DNA of 64,000 nt from Candidatus Woesearchaeota archaeon CG1_02_57_44 (GTDB lineage: Archaea > Nanobdellota > Nanobdellia > Woesearchaeales > CG1-02-57-44): contig MNWW01000058.1 of NCBI GenBank assembly GCA_001871415.1, forward strand, positions 62,001 to 126,000. The letters run 5' to 3'. A model generated the notes under the pieces. The model saw nothing but the letters and a program-made list of their open reading frames with translations, ran no database searches and was not told the DNA's origin. Position 1 is the stretch's first letter; each line of letters begins with the position of its first letter. A program made the position numbers and the translations under genes. Of this stretch, positions 20,400 to 31,834 are shown piece after piece.

Positions 20400-20651
20400 A
20401 TCGCCACTTCATTTTCTGCTCGTGGGTATATGGCTATATTTTCTTCTCTGCTGCAGGTGGTTGTGCGGCATCGCGCAGCGGGTCAAGGCATGGGGCTGCT
20501 GCGCATGCTGTCCTCTGCGTCGCCGATGTGAATATCTGTCGACGCTGCTTACGGCGCTGCGTGTGTGCTGGGCAACAGGCATTAACGGGCGTGCGGTATA
20601 GTGCGGTGCAGTGGCATCACAGGGTTTCTCGTCGAGAATGTCTGATGCTCC

Positions 20652-21692
20652 TCAATGGTCCCAGTCGATACTGACCCCCTTGCCGCCGGTCAGGAACCGG
20701 TGCGCCTCAAGACCTGCCTTTGCGCCCTCCCCGGCGCTGATGATGGTCTGCTTGAAGGGGCAGGTGGTCACATCGCCGCAGGCGAAGACGCCCTGGCATG
20801 ATGTCGCGCATCTGTCGTCGACGATGATCTCCTCCTTGTCTGTCGTCTTGCAGAGTCCCTGGATGAACTGCACGTCGACGATGTGGCCCAGCTGCAGGAA
20901 GATGCCGTCGACAGGGATGCAGGCGGATTCGAGCACCAGCGCTTTGACCGCTACATCGCCGTCGACGCGAAGAGGGATCGCGTCGGTCGTCGTCGTGATG
21001 TTCTTTATCTGAGCAAGTCTATCGAGCAGCTCCTGCTTCGCGACGACCTTGGGTGTCTTGACGATGAGGTGCACCTGCTTGGCGATGCCTGCCAGTTCCA
21101 GCGCGGCGGACACGGCGCTGCTGCCGGCGCCGAACACAGCGACGGTCTTGTTGCGGTACAGCGGCGCGTCGCAGGTGACGCAGGTGCTGATTCCCCTGCC
21201 GATGAGCGCCTGCTCGCCGGGAATGCCCATGAGCTTGGGCACCCTACCGGACGCGATGATGACGGCTCTCGCTTCGATGTGCTTACCGTCGGCGAGATGG
21301 AGTATGAATGGGGGTGTGTTGGCCTGTGGTTCCTGTTGGTCTGCTGCATTGTCTGTCTTTTCAATGCGTTGCACCTGACCTGCCAGGTGGCTGGCGCCAA
21401 ATCCAATGGCCTGCTCGTAGAATCTCTGCATGAGCTCTGTGCCGGATGTCGGTCGTGTGCCTGGGTAGTTCTCGATGATGCCCGCCATATTCGTCTGGCC
21501 GCCGCAGTCCATGCTGACGACGCAGGTCTTCAATTGCTTACGCGCCGTGTACATAGCAGCGGTCAAGCCAGCGGCTCCAGCGCCGATGATAGCGACGTGG
21601 AAGGAGTCGGGTGTGGGATCTTCGCTATGGTTCGCATTGGGGGGAGAGGGGGTTGGTGGGGATTGGTCTGATGTGTCGACTTGCTGTGCCAT
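20652..21692 (-). CDS. trxB: thioredoxin reductase-like flavoprotein
   Basis: IIGAGAAG, CVTCD redox motif, GVFACGD; start set at ATG 21692 from TATA position. Confidence 0.85.
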   Translation of the reverse strand: MAQQVDTSDQSPPTPSPPNANHSEDPTPDSFHVAIIGAGAAGLTAAMYTARKQLKTCVVSMDCGGQTNMAGIIENYPGTRPTSGTELMQRFYEQAIGFGASHLAGQVQRIEKTDNAADQQEPQANTPPFILHLADGKHIEARAVIIASGRVPKLMGIPGEQALIGRGISTCVTCDAPLYRNKTVAVFGAGSSAVSAALELAGIAKQVHLIVKTPKVVAKQELLDRLAQIKNITTTTDAIPLRVDGDVAVKALVLESACIPVDGIFLQLGHIVDVQFIQGLCKTTDKEEIIVDDRCATSCQGVFACGDVTTCPFKQTIISAGEGAKAGLEAHRFLTGGKGVSIDWDH

Positions 21693-21771
21693 GCTGGCAG
21701 GGAATGCCGTGGGTGGCTTATATTGGTTTCGCGCAGAAACGCTTATATGGAAGGGCCCTGATGGGGGTATC

Positions 21772-22146
21772 ATGGCACTGCTCTGGCTGGCATTGATGGT
21801 CGCGCTGTTGCATGGCGTCGTGGTCACTATCCTGCTGTTGTTTCCTGTCCTGGCAGCAGCCGGCTGGCTCGACAAAGGGTGGTTTCGGGTCGTCGGTCTT
21901 GGAACCGCAGGGCTGACCATCGCGTCCTTCGCGCTGTTGGGCGGCTGCTTTCTCACCTATTGGGAGCAGGCATTGCGCGCGGGGACAGCAAGCGCGTATT
22001 CGGGGGGATTCCTTTCGCACTATGTCAATAAGGCACGTATCCCTCTCACCGACCAGGGTGCGTTGCTGTTGTTCATCTTCATGCTGTCGCTCGGGGTCAT
22101 CATCATCGCATTGCGCCACCGGCGTGACGGTGCAGGACGGCTCTAG
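21772..22146 (+). CDS. small membrane protein (DUF2784-like)
   Basis: Several TM helices; GGCFLTYWE motif. Confidence 0.6.
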   Translation: MALLWLALMVALLHGVVVTILLLFPVLAAAGWLDKGWFRVVGLGTAGLTIASFALLGGCFLTYWEQALRAGTASAYSGGFLSHYVNKARIPLTDQGALLLFIFMLSLGVIIIALRHRRDGAGRL

Positions 22147-22227
22147 ATCCGACAGCGCCATCTTCTGGTCGTGATAGAGAAAGACTGCTGGGATGGTTCC
22201 TATGTTTAGCAGGTATCTTCGTGCTTC

Positions 22228-25200
22228 CTATGCCTTCAGGCTGACCAATCTGCTGATGTTGTTCTCGCCCATGGACACGCCGAACAAGGTATCCGCCTCC
22301 TTGATGACCGATTCATTGTGGCTGACCACGATATACTGCGCGGTCTTGGTGTACTTGCGAACAAGCTTTGCCAGCTTCTCGGAATTGAGATTGTCAAGGG
22401 CAGCGTCCACCTCATCCATGACGTAGAATGACGCTGGCTCGAACTCCTGGATGGCGAACAAAAACGCGAGGCTTGTCAATGTCTTCTCGCCTCCTGAGAG
22501 GCTTCTGATATCCAGGAACTTGTTGCCGGTGATGCGTACCTTGAAGGTGACTCCCTCAAGGAACGGGTCAACAGGATTCTCCACCTCCAGGAACGCCTCG
22601 CCCTTTGGGGAGAGCTCCTGGAAGAAGGCCATGAATTGACTGTTGAGTTTCTCGAACGTTCCCATAAAGAGATCTTTCTTTCGCGTCTCAATCTCGGTCA
22701 TCATCTCCAGCACGGAATCCTTCTCTGAGCGCAGGGTATCCTTCTTCTCGGTCAGCTTGTTGAATTCCTGCTCAGCTTCATCATACACATCAAGAGCGCG
22801 CAGGTTGACGCTGCCGATATTGGCCATAAGCCCCTCGAATTCATTTATCTCTTTCTTGAGCTGCGTCTCAGGTTTATGCTCGTCGATCTTGACATCTTTA
22901 TATTCATTGAACTGCTCTGCCAGGCCTGCGAGCGCGCCGCGAATCTGCGCCACATCCAGGCCTGCCTTGTTGATGGTCTGCTCAAACTGCCTTGACTTTT
23001 CCTCGCGCCTGAATACCTGCTCCTCGTTCTTGGTTATCTCATCCTGGATCTTCCCCTTGCGCTCAATGTTTTCCTTGAACTCCTCGTAGAACTTCTTGGC
23101 CTGGACTTCCTTTTCCTTGATCTCCTTTTCCTGGGTCTTGAGTGACTCTTTCGCGTCTTTCGCGCCTTTGGTGAAACGCCCGGTCTCTTTTTCCAGATCC
23201 TTTGCCAGATGCTCCAGGCGCACCAGCTCAGGCTTGACGACCGAGTCAAGCTGCATGCGCTTGCCTTTCGCTTCTGCTTCTGAGCCTGCTGCTGTCTCAG
23301 CCAATTCCCGGCGCTTCTCCTCAAACGCAGAGAGCTCAGCGAGCACGGTCGGCTTTCTCATGGCCCCTACTTTTTCGCGCAATGATGACTTCTTGAGCTT
23401 GATCTGCGCGAGCTCGCGGTTCATGTCCGATACCTGCTCAAGCACTGCGTCAAGCTGGGTGTCGATGTCCTTCGTATCCTTCTTGAGCAGCTCCTTTTGC
23501 CGCATGGACGCTTCCAGGTCTGAGCCTTCCAGATGCATGGAGCGCTCCATCTTGATGACATCGCCTTCCAGCTCCGCCTTCTTGCCGCGCAGTTCCTGCA
23601 CCGTCTTCTCCAGGTCCTCGCGCTCCTGCTGGATGCGCATCTCTTCAGCTTCGGCAGCGCTGCACTCGGCGCTCACCTTGTTGAGCTCCTCAAGCACACC
23701 CTTCTCCTGGAATCCCTTGGACTCTCTTTTCCGGTAGCCGCCTATCATGGCTCCTGACGTCTCGACCAGATCGCCGTCAAGCGACACCATGCGAGCAGTG
23801 CCTATGCCAAGACGCCTCGCGGTCTCGATGCTCTTGACGACCAAGGTCGAGCCAAAGACGTACTCAAAGACTTTCTTGAATTTCGCGTCATAATCAATGA
23901 GGTCAACAGCCCTGCCGATGACCCCGTCAGCTTTCCTGTGCTTGCCTTCGTCATCGTCCTTTCTTGGCCGTATCTTGTTCATGGGGATGAAGGACGCGAC
24001 ACCCAATTGCTCGGAGCGCAGGTACTTGATGCACTTTGCGGCCACAGCGTCATCCTTGACGACGATGCTCTTGATGCGCGAACCTGCCGCGACGCTCAAC
24101 GCGGTGCTGTACTGCGCGTCCACATGGCCGATGTCTGATACTGTACCATAGACGTCACCTAAAGATCTGTTCTCCAGAATAGCCCTTACTGCCCGGTCTC
24201 CTGCCTGTCGCTCGCGCATGGACGCCGCCCTTATCTCCAGGCGGCCTTTCTCCTCGTGCATTTTTTGCGCGCTCTCGCGAACGCCTCGCAGTCTTGCGAG
24301 CAGAGATGAGTCCTCGCTGAGCAGGCGATTAAGCTCCAAGGTCAGGCGCTTGAATTCTGTCTTTTTCTCACGCAGCCCATCTAGCTGGGTCTTCTGCTCT
24401 TTCTCTATCTCTGAGACTTTCGCTATCTGCTCATCCTGCTGTTGCACCCGGAGCTCAAGCCTGTCCTTCTCGCGCATGAGCTGTTGCTGCTGCTCGCGCA
24501 GCTTTCCTATCTCCTCTTGTTTCTGCTCTGCCTGACGGTCCAGCTCCTCCATATCATTGTCAATCTCATGCTGGCTGTCAAGGCCATGCTTCTTGCGAAA
24601 CTCAGTAATCTTTGTCTGCATGGACTCGAGCTCTTTTTTCGCCTGCTCCTTGGACCGCTCCTGGTCCTTGAGCTCTTTCTCCAGCGAAGCCTGGCGCTCC
24701 TTGTTCTCCTTCATCTGGGCTGTGAGCTGTTCGTTGCGCTCCTTGATCTTACTGGACTCGCGCTCATGCTCTTCCAGGCGGTTCTTGTTGAGTGCTATCT
24801 GCACCTTGAGCTCCTCAATCTGATGGTTGAGGTCAAGCTGCTCTTTTTGCCCTTTCTCTTCGATGTCCTGGACAATTTTTCTGATTTCAGTTTTTTTGTC
24901 CTCGTTTTGCTTGCGCAGCGTCTCAATCTCTGAGCGCAGTTTCGTTATCTTCTCCTGGTTCTCACCCAGGAGCTTGTCATACTGCGCCTGCTCCGCGTGC
25001 TTGCCTTTTATCTGACGCCAGAGGAAACTCGCCTTGTTGACCTTGATCTTCTCTGAGAGCTCCTTGTACTTCATGGCCTGATCCCTGTCAGCCTTGAGCT
25101 CTTTGAGGTGCTTTGACTTCTCCGCAAGGATAATCTCCGCTTCGCGCAATCGCTCTTCTACCCTATCCAGCTCGCGGGCCGCTTTCTCTTTTTTCTCCTC

Positions 25201-25971
25201 GTAGACGCCGATGCCTGCGATATCCTCGATTATTTTACGACGCTCTGTTGTGGTGCTGTTGACAAATCCCTGGATATCCCCCTGCAGCACGATGTTGAAT
25301 CCATCCGGGTCGATGTTGGCCCGGCTCATCAGGTCCAGCACTTCCTGGCGCGAACGGGTCTGGTCATTTATCTTGTACTTGGACTGGCCGTCCTGGCGCA
25401 CCAGACGCGTGATCTTTATCTCATCGCCCTGGATCGGAAACGCTTTTTTCTCATTGTCAAAGAAGATGGAAACCTCTGCCTGCTTGTGCGGCTGCCTGGC
25501 CCGGCCGCCGTTGTAGATAAGATTGGCAGACTTTTCAGCCCGCATGCTCTTGGCTGATGACTTGCCCAGCACAAAGCATACCGCGTCAAAGACATTGGAC
25601 TTGCCAGAGCCATTCGGGCCGAGAATGACATTGTAATCCGGGCTGAATAGAAGCTCTGTCCTGTCAGCGAAGCTTTTGAAGCCATGCAGGACCATGCGCG
25701 TGATACGCGTCGCCATGACGGGTTGGCGCTCGCCGAGATGCACGGCGGGGAGCTTGGGCGCTGGGGGTTCCCCAACGGGCTCGGTCTGCGCTGGTTCTTC
25801 TACGGTATCGGGCTTGTCCTGCTGCTTGATCGCCTTGTCCTTTCCGGAGCGTGGTTTACTGCTTGTGTGCGGCTTTATTTCTTGTTCCACTGATGCATCT
25901 GCGGCTGCCTGCTCCTCTGCAGGGGTATTGTCCTCATCCAACGACGCTTGTTGCAGAACTGGCTCAGGCAT
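22228..25971 (-). CDS. smc: chromosome segregation protein SMC
   Basis: GFKSF, GPNGSGKSN, hinge GVYG-like region, LSGGEK, DEVDAALD, long coiled coils. Confidence 0.97.
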   Translation of the reverse strand: MPEPVLQQASLDEDNTPAEEQAAADASVEQEIKPHTSSKPRSGKDKAIKQQDKPDTVEEPAQTEPVGEPPAPKLPAVHLGERQPVMATRITRMVLHGFKSFADRTELLFSPDYNVILGPNGSGKSNVFDAVCFVLGKSSAKSMRAEKSANLIYNGGRARQPHKQAEVSIFFDNEKKAFPIQGDEIKITRLVRQDGQSKYKINDQTRSRQEVLDLMSRANIDPDGFNIVLQGDIQGFVNSTTTERRKIIEDIAGIGVYEEKKEKAARELDRVEERLREAEIILAEKSKHLKELKADRDQAMKYKELSEKIKVNKASFLWRQIKGKHAEQAQYDKLLGENQEKITKLRSEIETLRKQNEDKKTEIRKIVQDIEEKGQKEQLDLNHQIEELKVQIALNKNRLEEHERESSKIKERNEQLTAQMKENKERQASLEKELKDQERSKEQAKKELESMQTKITEFRKKHGLDSQHEIDNDMEELDRQAEQKQEEIGKLREQQQQLMREKDRLELRVQQQDEQIAKVSEIEKEQKTQLDGLREKKTEFKRLTLELNRLLSEDSSLLARLRGVRESAQKMHEEKGRLEIRAASMRERQAGDRAVRAILENRSLGDVYGTVSDIGHVDAQYSTALSVAAGSRIKSIVVKDDAVAAKCIKYLRSEQLGVASFIPMNKIRPRKDDDEGKHRKADGVIGRAVDLIDYDAKFKKVFEYVFGSTLVVKSIETARRLGIGTARMVSLDGDLVETSGAMIGGYRKRESKGFQEKGVLEELNKVSAECSAAEAEEMRIQQEREDLEKTVQELRGKKAELEGDVIKMERSMHLEGSDLEASMRQKELLKKDTKDIDTQLDAVLEQVSDMNRELAQIKLKKSSLREKVGAMRKPTVLAELSAFEEKRRELAETAAGSEAEAKGKRMQLDSVVKPELVRLEHLAKDLEKETGRFTKGAKDAKESLKTQEKEIKEKEVQAKKFYEEFKENIERKGKIQDEITKNEEQVFRREEKSRQFEQTINKAGLDVAQIRGALAGLAEQFNEYKDVKIDEHKPETQLKKEINEFEGLMANIGSVNLRALDVYDEAEQEFNKLTEKKDTLRSEKDSVLEMMTEIETRKKDLFMGTFEKLNSQFMAFFQELSPKGEAFLEVENPVDPFLEGVTFKVRITGNKFLDIRSLSGGEKTLTSLAFLFAIQEFEPASFYVMDEVDAALDNLNSEKLAKLVRKYTKTAQYIVVSHNESVIKEADTLFGVSMGENNISRLVSLKA

Positions 25972-26084
25972 ACAATAGCCCAGGACAACTGCGTATTTAA
26001 CCTTTTCGGCAGGAACTTAGCAAGACCTGCTAAATTTCCCTTGAACAAAAAGCATATAAATCAGCGGGTAGCTGAATTGGGCAT

Positions 26085-26912
26085 ATGCTTTCCGTCACGC
26101 TTCTCGCTTCAGGCAGTTCCGGCAATTGCGCGGTCGTTAAAACAGATGATGCCCAGGTGCTTGTTGACGCTGGTACTCCCTACAAGACCTTGGCGGCACG
26201 CATGGCCTACCTCGGCCTTGAGCCTGCTGACACTGCCGCTATCCTTGTCACGCATGAGCACACCGACCACGTCTCAGGCCTTCGCGTCGCGGCGCGTAGA
26301 CTTGACATTCCTGTGTATCTGAGCAAGGGCACGGACCGAAAGACGGCTTTCACTGGTGACTCTCACGTTGTCGGGGCTGATGATCCCTTCACGGTACGGG
26401 ATCTGCATGTGCAGCCCCTCGCAGCGAGCCACGACGCTGAGGAGCCATTGGCATTCGCATTCAGGTCAGGGGATTCCCGGGCTGCCATCCTCACGGACAC
26501 GGGCATCGCGACACCAGCCATGCACAAGGTCGTCCGCAAAGCGCAGTTCCTCGCGCTTGAGGCCAACCATGACGAGCAGGTGCTCATGGCCGGCAGGTAT
26601 CCTGCCTACCTGAAGCAGCGCATCCTCAGCGATGAAGGGCATCTGAGCAACGCTCAGGCCGGTTGCCTGCTCATGGAATCTGCCAGCGACGCACTCTCCG
26701 GCGTCACGCTCGCGCATCTCTCAGAGCAGAACAATACGGTTCAGCTGGCACGCGAGACCATATCGCACATGATATCCCACAGAAATGATGTGTCCCTTGA
26801 ACTGGATGTCGGGCAGCGGCACGCGGTATCGCGCACCGCAGTCATTGAAGACGGGTGCTTTTCTTGGCAAGGCGCCTTAAGAACTTTGCCTTTTTTAATC
26901 AACAGGGCGTAG
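26085..26912 (+). CDS. MBL-fold metallohydrolase (YycJ/WalJ-like)
   Basis: LASGSSGN, THEHTDH, SHDA, TDTG, EANHD, GHLSN, HLSEQNN. Confidence 0.9.
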   Translation: MLSVTLLASGSSGNCAVVKTDDAQVLVDAGTPYKTLAARMAYLGLEPADTAAILVTHEHTDHVSGLRVAARRLDIPVYLSKGTDRKTAFTGDSHVVGADDPFTVRDLHVQPLAASHDAEEPLAFAFRSGDSRAAILTDTGIATPAMHKVVRKAQFLALEANHDEQVLMAGRYPAYLKQRILSDEGHLSNAQAGCLLMESASDALSGVTLAHLSEQNNTVQLARETISHMISHRNDVSLELDVGQRHAVSRTAVIEDGCFSWQGALRTLPFLINRA

Positions 26913-26947
26913 CAAGACTTAAATTGCGGACAAAAATTGTCTGTGGT

Positions 26948-27142
26948 ATGGGACAACAGGAAGTGTACGACTTTCTACGGGATAAGCGGGGCAATTGGTT
27001 CACCACGCGCCAGATAAGCGAGGCATTGGAGGTATCTGTCGGCTCGGTCACCAATAACATCGCCAAGCTCAAGAAGAACCGTGAAATCCTGTACAGGCAG
27101 GCAGAGCGCGCCAACCAGTATGTGTACGCGTTCAAGCACTGA
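26948..27142 (+). CDS. small winged-HTH protein
   Basis: MGQQEVYDFL...QISEALEVSVGSVTNNIAKL. Confidence 0.75.
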   Translation: MGQQEVYDFLRDKRGNWFTTRQISEALEVSVGSVTNNIAKLKKNREILYRQAERANQYVYAFKH

Positions 27143-27242
27143 AGACTGTATTCTGAAATCTTGCCTCTACGGTGGCTGTGCGTTGCTTGCGTAGCTATAT
27201 GATTGCTTCATGCCTGCGCGACCTTGAGTCATCGCTTCCTGG

Positions 27243-28448
27243 CTACGCGAACTGGCTCAGCTTGGCCTGCGTGCTCTGGCGCAGGAGCAGGCAATCTTTG
27301 AGGATATTGCTCACGTCAAAGCTGAATTTTCTCTGAGCTACTGCCTGCGCGTAGTTGAACAAGAGTTTTCGCTCCGTGAATCGCAGCGGGGCTGCCTGCA
27401 TGGCGTTCCTCGCGGCTTCACGTACCACCCATACACCAAGCGGCGCCTCATACTCATCGGTGATAAAACGAAGGCACAATACTCCTGCCTGATGGTTCAT
27501 TGCTTTGAGCTGTTCAAGAATGGACAGGCGCGCGGCGTAGTAGCCGCCGACGGTGTTCTGGGCATAAGACTTACGACCCTCGAATGGCTCAAAGTCTGTG
27601 TTGTACTGCCCGAATCCATAGGCCTTGCTCACGGATATCTCATAGAGCTCATAGCAGAATGATCCTGGCAGCAGGAGCACCAGGTAATGGTTGCCAAGAT
27701 GGCTGCCAAAGAAGGCGAGATGCTCTTTCTGGTGCTCGAGAACGCGAACGTCGTTGAGCAATTGCTTGCCCAGTGTGTCGTCCACGGCTGTGATGGACCA
27801 TCTTGTCGGCACCAGCTTTCTGGCATCTCCTTTGCCTAATGTGCCAACAGACATGGCGCGGGCTATCTGCGTCTCATCGCGGCCCTTGTGCCACAGCGTC
27901 GCTATGGCATCACTTGCGAGCAGGTCTGTGTCATAATATGCTTGCTCCAATGCTTGGTCGAGCCGCGTGTTGCCGATGTCCGCCTGTTTCCATTCCGCTG
28001 TCGGTCCCACCGGCGCTGCGAACTGGCTGAAGCTATGGCTCAGGTGTGGCTTGGCTATGGCGATATCGACTTCCGGCGGACGGAACGCGAGAGCTATCTC
28101 TTGGGCTGTCTGTAATGTCGGGCTGGGGTTTGCTGCGCCGATGTCCATGCGCTGGCGCGCGTTGACCAGCGATGTCCTGATGTTCACGACTTGGCTGATG
28201 CCGTACTGGCGTTGTGCCCATTCCCTGGGCGCGTCCAAGAGCTCTGGCGCGTCGGGCAGTGTCGGGGGAGATAAGAGACCGACATTTACCTTCGGATATC
28301 CCTGATGACCAACGAAGGGCGCTGGGGAGACAGAGTCGATGTGGTTGCTCTGCAGCGCTGTGATGAGTCCTGCGAGATTCGCTCGTGCCACAATGGGCAG
28401 GAATCTCTTGCCAAAAGGCACCTTCTCATCATCGGGCGTGCGCTGCAT
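27243..28448 (-). CDS. nreA: Nre family DNA repair protein
   Basis: FVGHQGYPKV, LVPTRWSITAVD, GGYYAARL, PLGVWVVRE; C-terminal PIP-box-like QAKLSQF. Confidence 0.9.
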   Translation of the reverse strand: MQRTPDDEKVPFGKRFLPIVARANLAGLITALQSNHIDSVSPAPFVGHQGYPKVNVGLLSPPTLPDAPELLDAPREWAQRQYGISQVVNIRTSLVNARQRMDIGAANPSPTLQTAQEIALAFRPPEVDIAIAKPHLSHSFSQFAAPVGPTAEWKQADIGNTRLDQALEQAYYDTDLLASDAIATLWHKGRDETQIARAMSVGTLGKGDARKLVPTRWSITAVDDTLGKQLLNDVRVLEHQKEHLAFFGSHLGNHYLVLLLPGSFCYELYEISVSKAYGFGQYNTDFEPFEGRKSYAQNTVGGYYAARLSILEQLKAMNHQAGVLCLRFITDEYEAPLGVWVVREAARNAMQAAPLRFTERKLLFNYAQAVAQRKFSFDVSNILKDCLLLRQSTQAKLSQFA

Positions 28449-28653
28449 GGGGTCCGGGTTGTTGCGTGGGTATAAAGTGTTTTGGTGCTGGCAGGGGACA
28501 CACGCCTGAAGTTTCACGCACCTGTTGCAGAGCGTACTGATACAGTATTGATTTGGTTTCTGCTGCCGTACCCTGTATATTTTCGTATTCCCCTTGTTTT
28601 CAACGCTATTTGTCATCACTCTTAGGGGATATACTTATATAGTTATATAGCAA

Positions 28654-29439
28654 TTGCGCAATGCTATGGAAACCAGCACTCTTTACCAGCAGCTTGTAGG
28701 GCTTCATGTCAACAGATCGCACGTGACGCCAGATATCGTATTTCTCATACCTACGGTCACCCACGATATGCGGACCGGGACGCTTTATCTGACAGGCAAT
28801 CCTGGTAAGCCTCTGGATGAATATATGCGTGAGCAATACCTGGCTATCCACGATCCGGTGTTGAGCAACGGCGCAAGCAAAGCGAGCCATGGATTGTTTG
28901 TTGGACGCGATATTGGGCTGCTGCTTTGCGGTCGCTATGAGTCGCTTGTGCCTGAAGGCCTTCACGCCGCGTGCGTCGACGCGGGCGATATCATCCTGGG
29001 TGAACGGGAGGCGCTTGCGGATCATCGCAATGCCCTTGCAGAGGATTTGCTGCCTGATACGGGGAACGCGCTGCACAGGCGAGACGATACCGTCCATTCA
29101 GTTATTCCACGCACGGGGTATAATCAACACGGAAGCTGGGCAGAACTTGCTTTGCAGTTCACTGGGGCGTATCACGCTCTGACGCGCATCCCTGTCGTGA
29201 TGCCCTGGGACGAGCGCAATCCCGTTGCCCAACGCAGCCATGACGGCACGGTGATGTATCTTGCTGCCCGGCAGCATGATACAGGAGCCTACCCGCATCT
29301 GCTTGATTCAGGCTTGTTCTATAGCATGCATAATACTTTTTCACCTGATAGGGGGGTACGCCAGGCTGCTGTGCAGAGACTGGCGGCTGATGTGGATGCG
29401 CTCGTCGCTCGTCTGGTCCGGGCAGCTGCGAGCAGGTGA
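28654..29439 (+). CDS. hypothetical protein
   Basis: 261-aa ORF downstream of an AT-rich TATA region. Confidence 0.6.
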   Translation: MRNAMETSTLYQQLVGLHVNRSHVTPDIVFLIPTVTHDMRTGTLYLTGNPGKPLDEYMREQYLAIHDPVLSNGASKASHGLFVGRDIGLLLCGRYESLVPEGLHAACVDAGDIILGEREALADHRNALAEDLLPDTGNALHRRDDTVHSVIPRTGYNQHGSWAELALQFTGAYHALTRIPVVMPWDERNPVAQRSHDGTVMYLAARQHDTGAYPHLLDSGLFYSMHNTFSPDRGVRQAAVQRLAADVDALVARLVRAAASR

Positions 29440-29607
29440 CATCTGGATCAATAGTCTGCATCGACCCTCTTCGTACCATGGATTCAGTTTGATGCGCATG
29501 TCCTGCATCTGAGCGTGTCGATAAGTATCAAGGCTAATAAGAAGTGACAAGAAAAATATTGCCGCGTTTCCGCAGCATCTGTTCTTGCATGTTTCTGTTC
29601 CGCAGGC

Positions 29608-31608
29608 CTACAACAGCAGCGGCACAAAAATCACAGCCACGATGCTCATCAGCTTGATGAGGATATTAAGGCTCGGTCCGCAGGTATCCTTGAACGGGTC
29701 ACCTACCGTATCGCCGACAATAGTCGCTTTGTGCACGTCAGAGCCCTTGCCCCCGAGATTGCCCGCTTCGACATATTTCTTGGCATTGTCCCAGGCGCCT
29801 CCTGCGTTGGCCATGAAGATGGCCAGGAGCACTCCTGATGCGAGGGAACCGGCGAGCAATCCACCGAGCGCTTCTGGGCCCACGTAGACACCGATGAGGA
29901 TGGGTGTCAGCACGGCAAGCAGCGCAGGAACAATCATCTGGCTCAGGGCAGCGCTTGTGCTGATGTCGACGCAGCGCGCGTAATCCGGCCGCTTCTTGCC
30001 GCTCATGATGCCCTTGTCCTTGAACTGCCTTCGCACCTCCTCGATGATGCCATTGGCCGCTTTGCCCACCGCGCTCATGGTGAGCGCCGAGAACAGGAAG
30101 GGCAGCATCGCACCGATCAGCAGTCCGAACATGACATGCGCCTCAGCGACATTGATGATGATATCTTTGCCAGCAGCGTGCATCGCCTGGATGTAGCTGC
30201 TGAACAACGCCAATGCGGTCAGGGCAGCTGACCCGATGGCGAATCCCTTGCCGATGGCAGCAGTCGTGTTGCCGACAGCATCAAGCTCTTCACAGACCTT
30301 GCGCACTTTCGGACCTGACTTGGCCATCTCCGCGATGCCTGCGGCGTTGTCCGCCACAGGGCCATACGCGTCAATGGCGAGCGAGATGCCCAAAGTCGAG
30401 AGCATACCGACGGCTGCGATGGCGATGCCGTACAGGCCGCCATACGCAAAGGCACCATAAATAGCGCTCGCGATGACGATAACGGTCCAGCCTGTGCTCT
30501 TGAAACCTACAACGAGTCCCTGGATGATATTGGACGCGGCTCCCATGCGTGACGCTTCCGCGATGCTTATCGCGTGATGGTCCTTCTCACTGGTGTACTT
30601 CTCGGTGATGCGGCCGATGAGCAGGCCGGATACCACGCCGATGAGGATGGGTATGAAAAACGTCGGCACATAGAGTACCTTGGCCACAAGGTAGCCACCC
30701 GGCAGCAGGCTCTTGGTCGCGAAGTACGCGCCGACTAGGGTGATGGCGGATGCCACGAGCAGGCCGCGCTCCAGGGCATTGTTCGGGCTTCTGCCCTCGC
30801 GTGTGCGCACAAACCAGGTGCCGATGACTGACGCAACAGTCCCAATGCCCGCGAGCCAGAACGCCAGGGACACTGCGGCTGGTGCGAGGTCAGGTGTAAA
30901 CTGCAGCATGCCGATGGCGATTGCCGAGATGATGGATCCGACATAGGACTCAAAGAGATCAGCTCCCATGCCAGCGACATCGCCAACATTATCACCGACA
31001 TTGTCCGCGATGACCGCAGGGTTTCTGGGGTCATCCTCTGGTATATTTGCTTCGACTTTGCCCACAAGGTCTGCGCCGACATCCGCGGCCTTGGTGTAGA
31101 TACCGCCGCCGACACGGGCGAACAAGGCGATGCTTGACGCGCCGAATGCGAAGCCGAAGATGATCTGCGGGTCGTGGAAGATGTCAAAGAGCATGGTGAC
31201 ACCCAGCAGGCCCAAGCCCACGACGGAAAGTCCCATGACACTGCCGCTGGAGAACGCGACGCGAAGCGCGCTGTTCATGCCTGTCTTGGCGGCTTCTGTG
31301 GTGCGCACGTTCGCGGTTGTCGCGATGCTCATGCCGATATAGCCTGCGAGAGCTGAGAAAAACGCGCCCAGGCCAAAGCTCACAGCCGTCTGCCAGTTGA
31401 TGAACCTGGCCAGGACATAGAACACGATGATGGCGTAGATGATGATTATCTTATACTCGCGGCGCAGGAATGCTTTTGCGCCTTCCTTAATCGCTCCAGC
31501 TATCTCCACCATCTTCTTTGTGCCGCTGCTCTTGGTCTTCAGGACCATGGCAGTCAAAAGGGCCCAGACAATCGCAAGGCCTGCAGCGCCGTATGCGAAC
31601 ATGCTCAT
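29608..31608 (-). CDS. hppA: membrane-bound ion-translocating pyrophosphatase, K+-dependent type
   Basis: [26 protein letters not shown] (Ala signature of K+ dependence), [10 protein letters not shown]. Confidence 0.96.
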   Translation of the reverse strand: MSMFAYGAAGLAIVWALLTAMVLKTKSSGTKKMVEIAGAIKEGAKAFLRREYKIIIIYAIIVFYVLARFINWQTAVSFGLGAFFSALAGYIGMSIATTANVRTTEAAKTGMNSALRVAFSSGSVMGLSVVGLGLLGVTMLFDIFHDPQIIFGFAFGASSIALFARVGGGIYTKAADVGADLVGKVEANIPEDDPRNPAVIADNVGDNVGDVAGMGADLFESYVGSIISAIAIGMLQFTPDLAPAAVSLAFWLAGIGTVASVIGTWFVRTREGRSPNNALERGLLVASAITLVGAYFATKSLLPGGYLVAKVLYVPTFFIPILIGVVSGLLIGRITEKYTSEKDHHAISIAEASRMGAASNIIQGLVVGFKSTGWTVIVIASAIYGAFAYGGLYGIAIAAVGMLSTLGISLAIDAYGPVADNAAGIAEMAKSGPKVRKVCEELDAVGNTTAAIGKGFAIGSAALTALALFSSYIQAMHAAGKDIIINVAEAHVMFGLLIGAMLPFLFSALTMSAVGKAANGIIEEVRRQFKDKGIMSGKKRPDYARCVDISTSAALSQMIVPALLAVLTPILIGVYVGPEALGGLLAGSLASGVLLAIFMANAGGAWDNAKKYVEAGNLGGKGSDVHKATIVGDTVGDPFKDTCGPSLNILIKLMSIVAVIFVPLLL

Positions 31609-31804
31609 TATTCCACCCCGTTCATCATTTGTTCAATATTAGACTATCTCTGACCATGGTATGTCTTACCTTTCATTTTTCTTGACTTCTGGCAGGTTTT
31701 CCCCGGGCTATCTCAGACCCTCGTATGTCTTACCTGGTTTTCTGTCCCGAATCTGCTGCGCATTTTAACTTTTGTGGTCATTTACCGATGCTTATCGATC
31801 AAAC

Positions 31805-31834
31805 TCACTGTTATGTCCGTCACTGTTATGTCCG
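31805..31834. repeat. 15-bp tandem duplication TCACTGTTATGTCCG x2
   Basis: Two identical adjacent copies overlapping the stop codon of 31826-32515. Confidence 0.85.
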
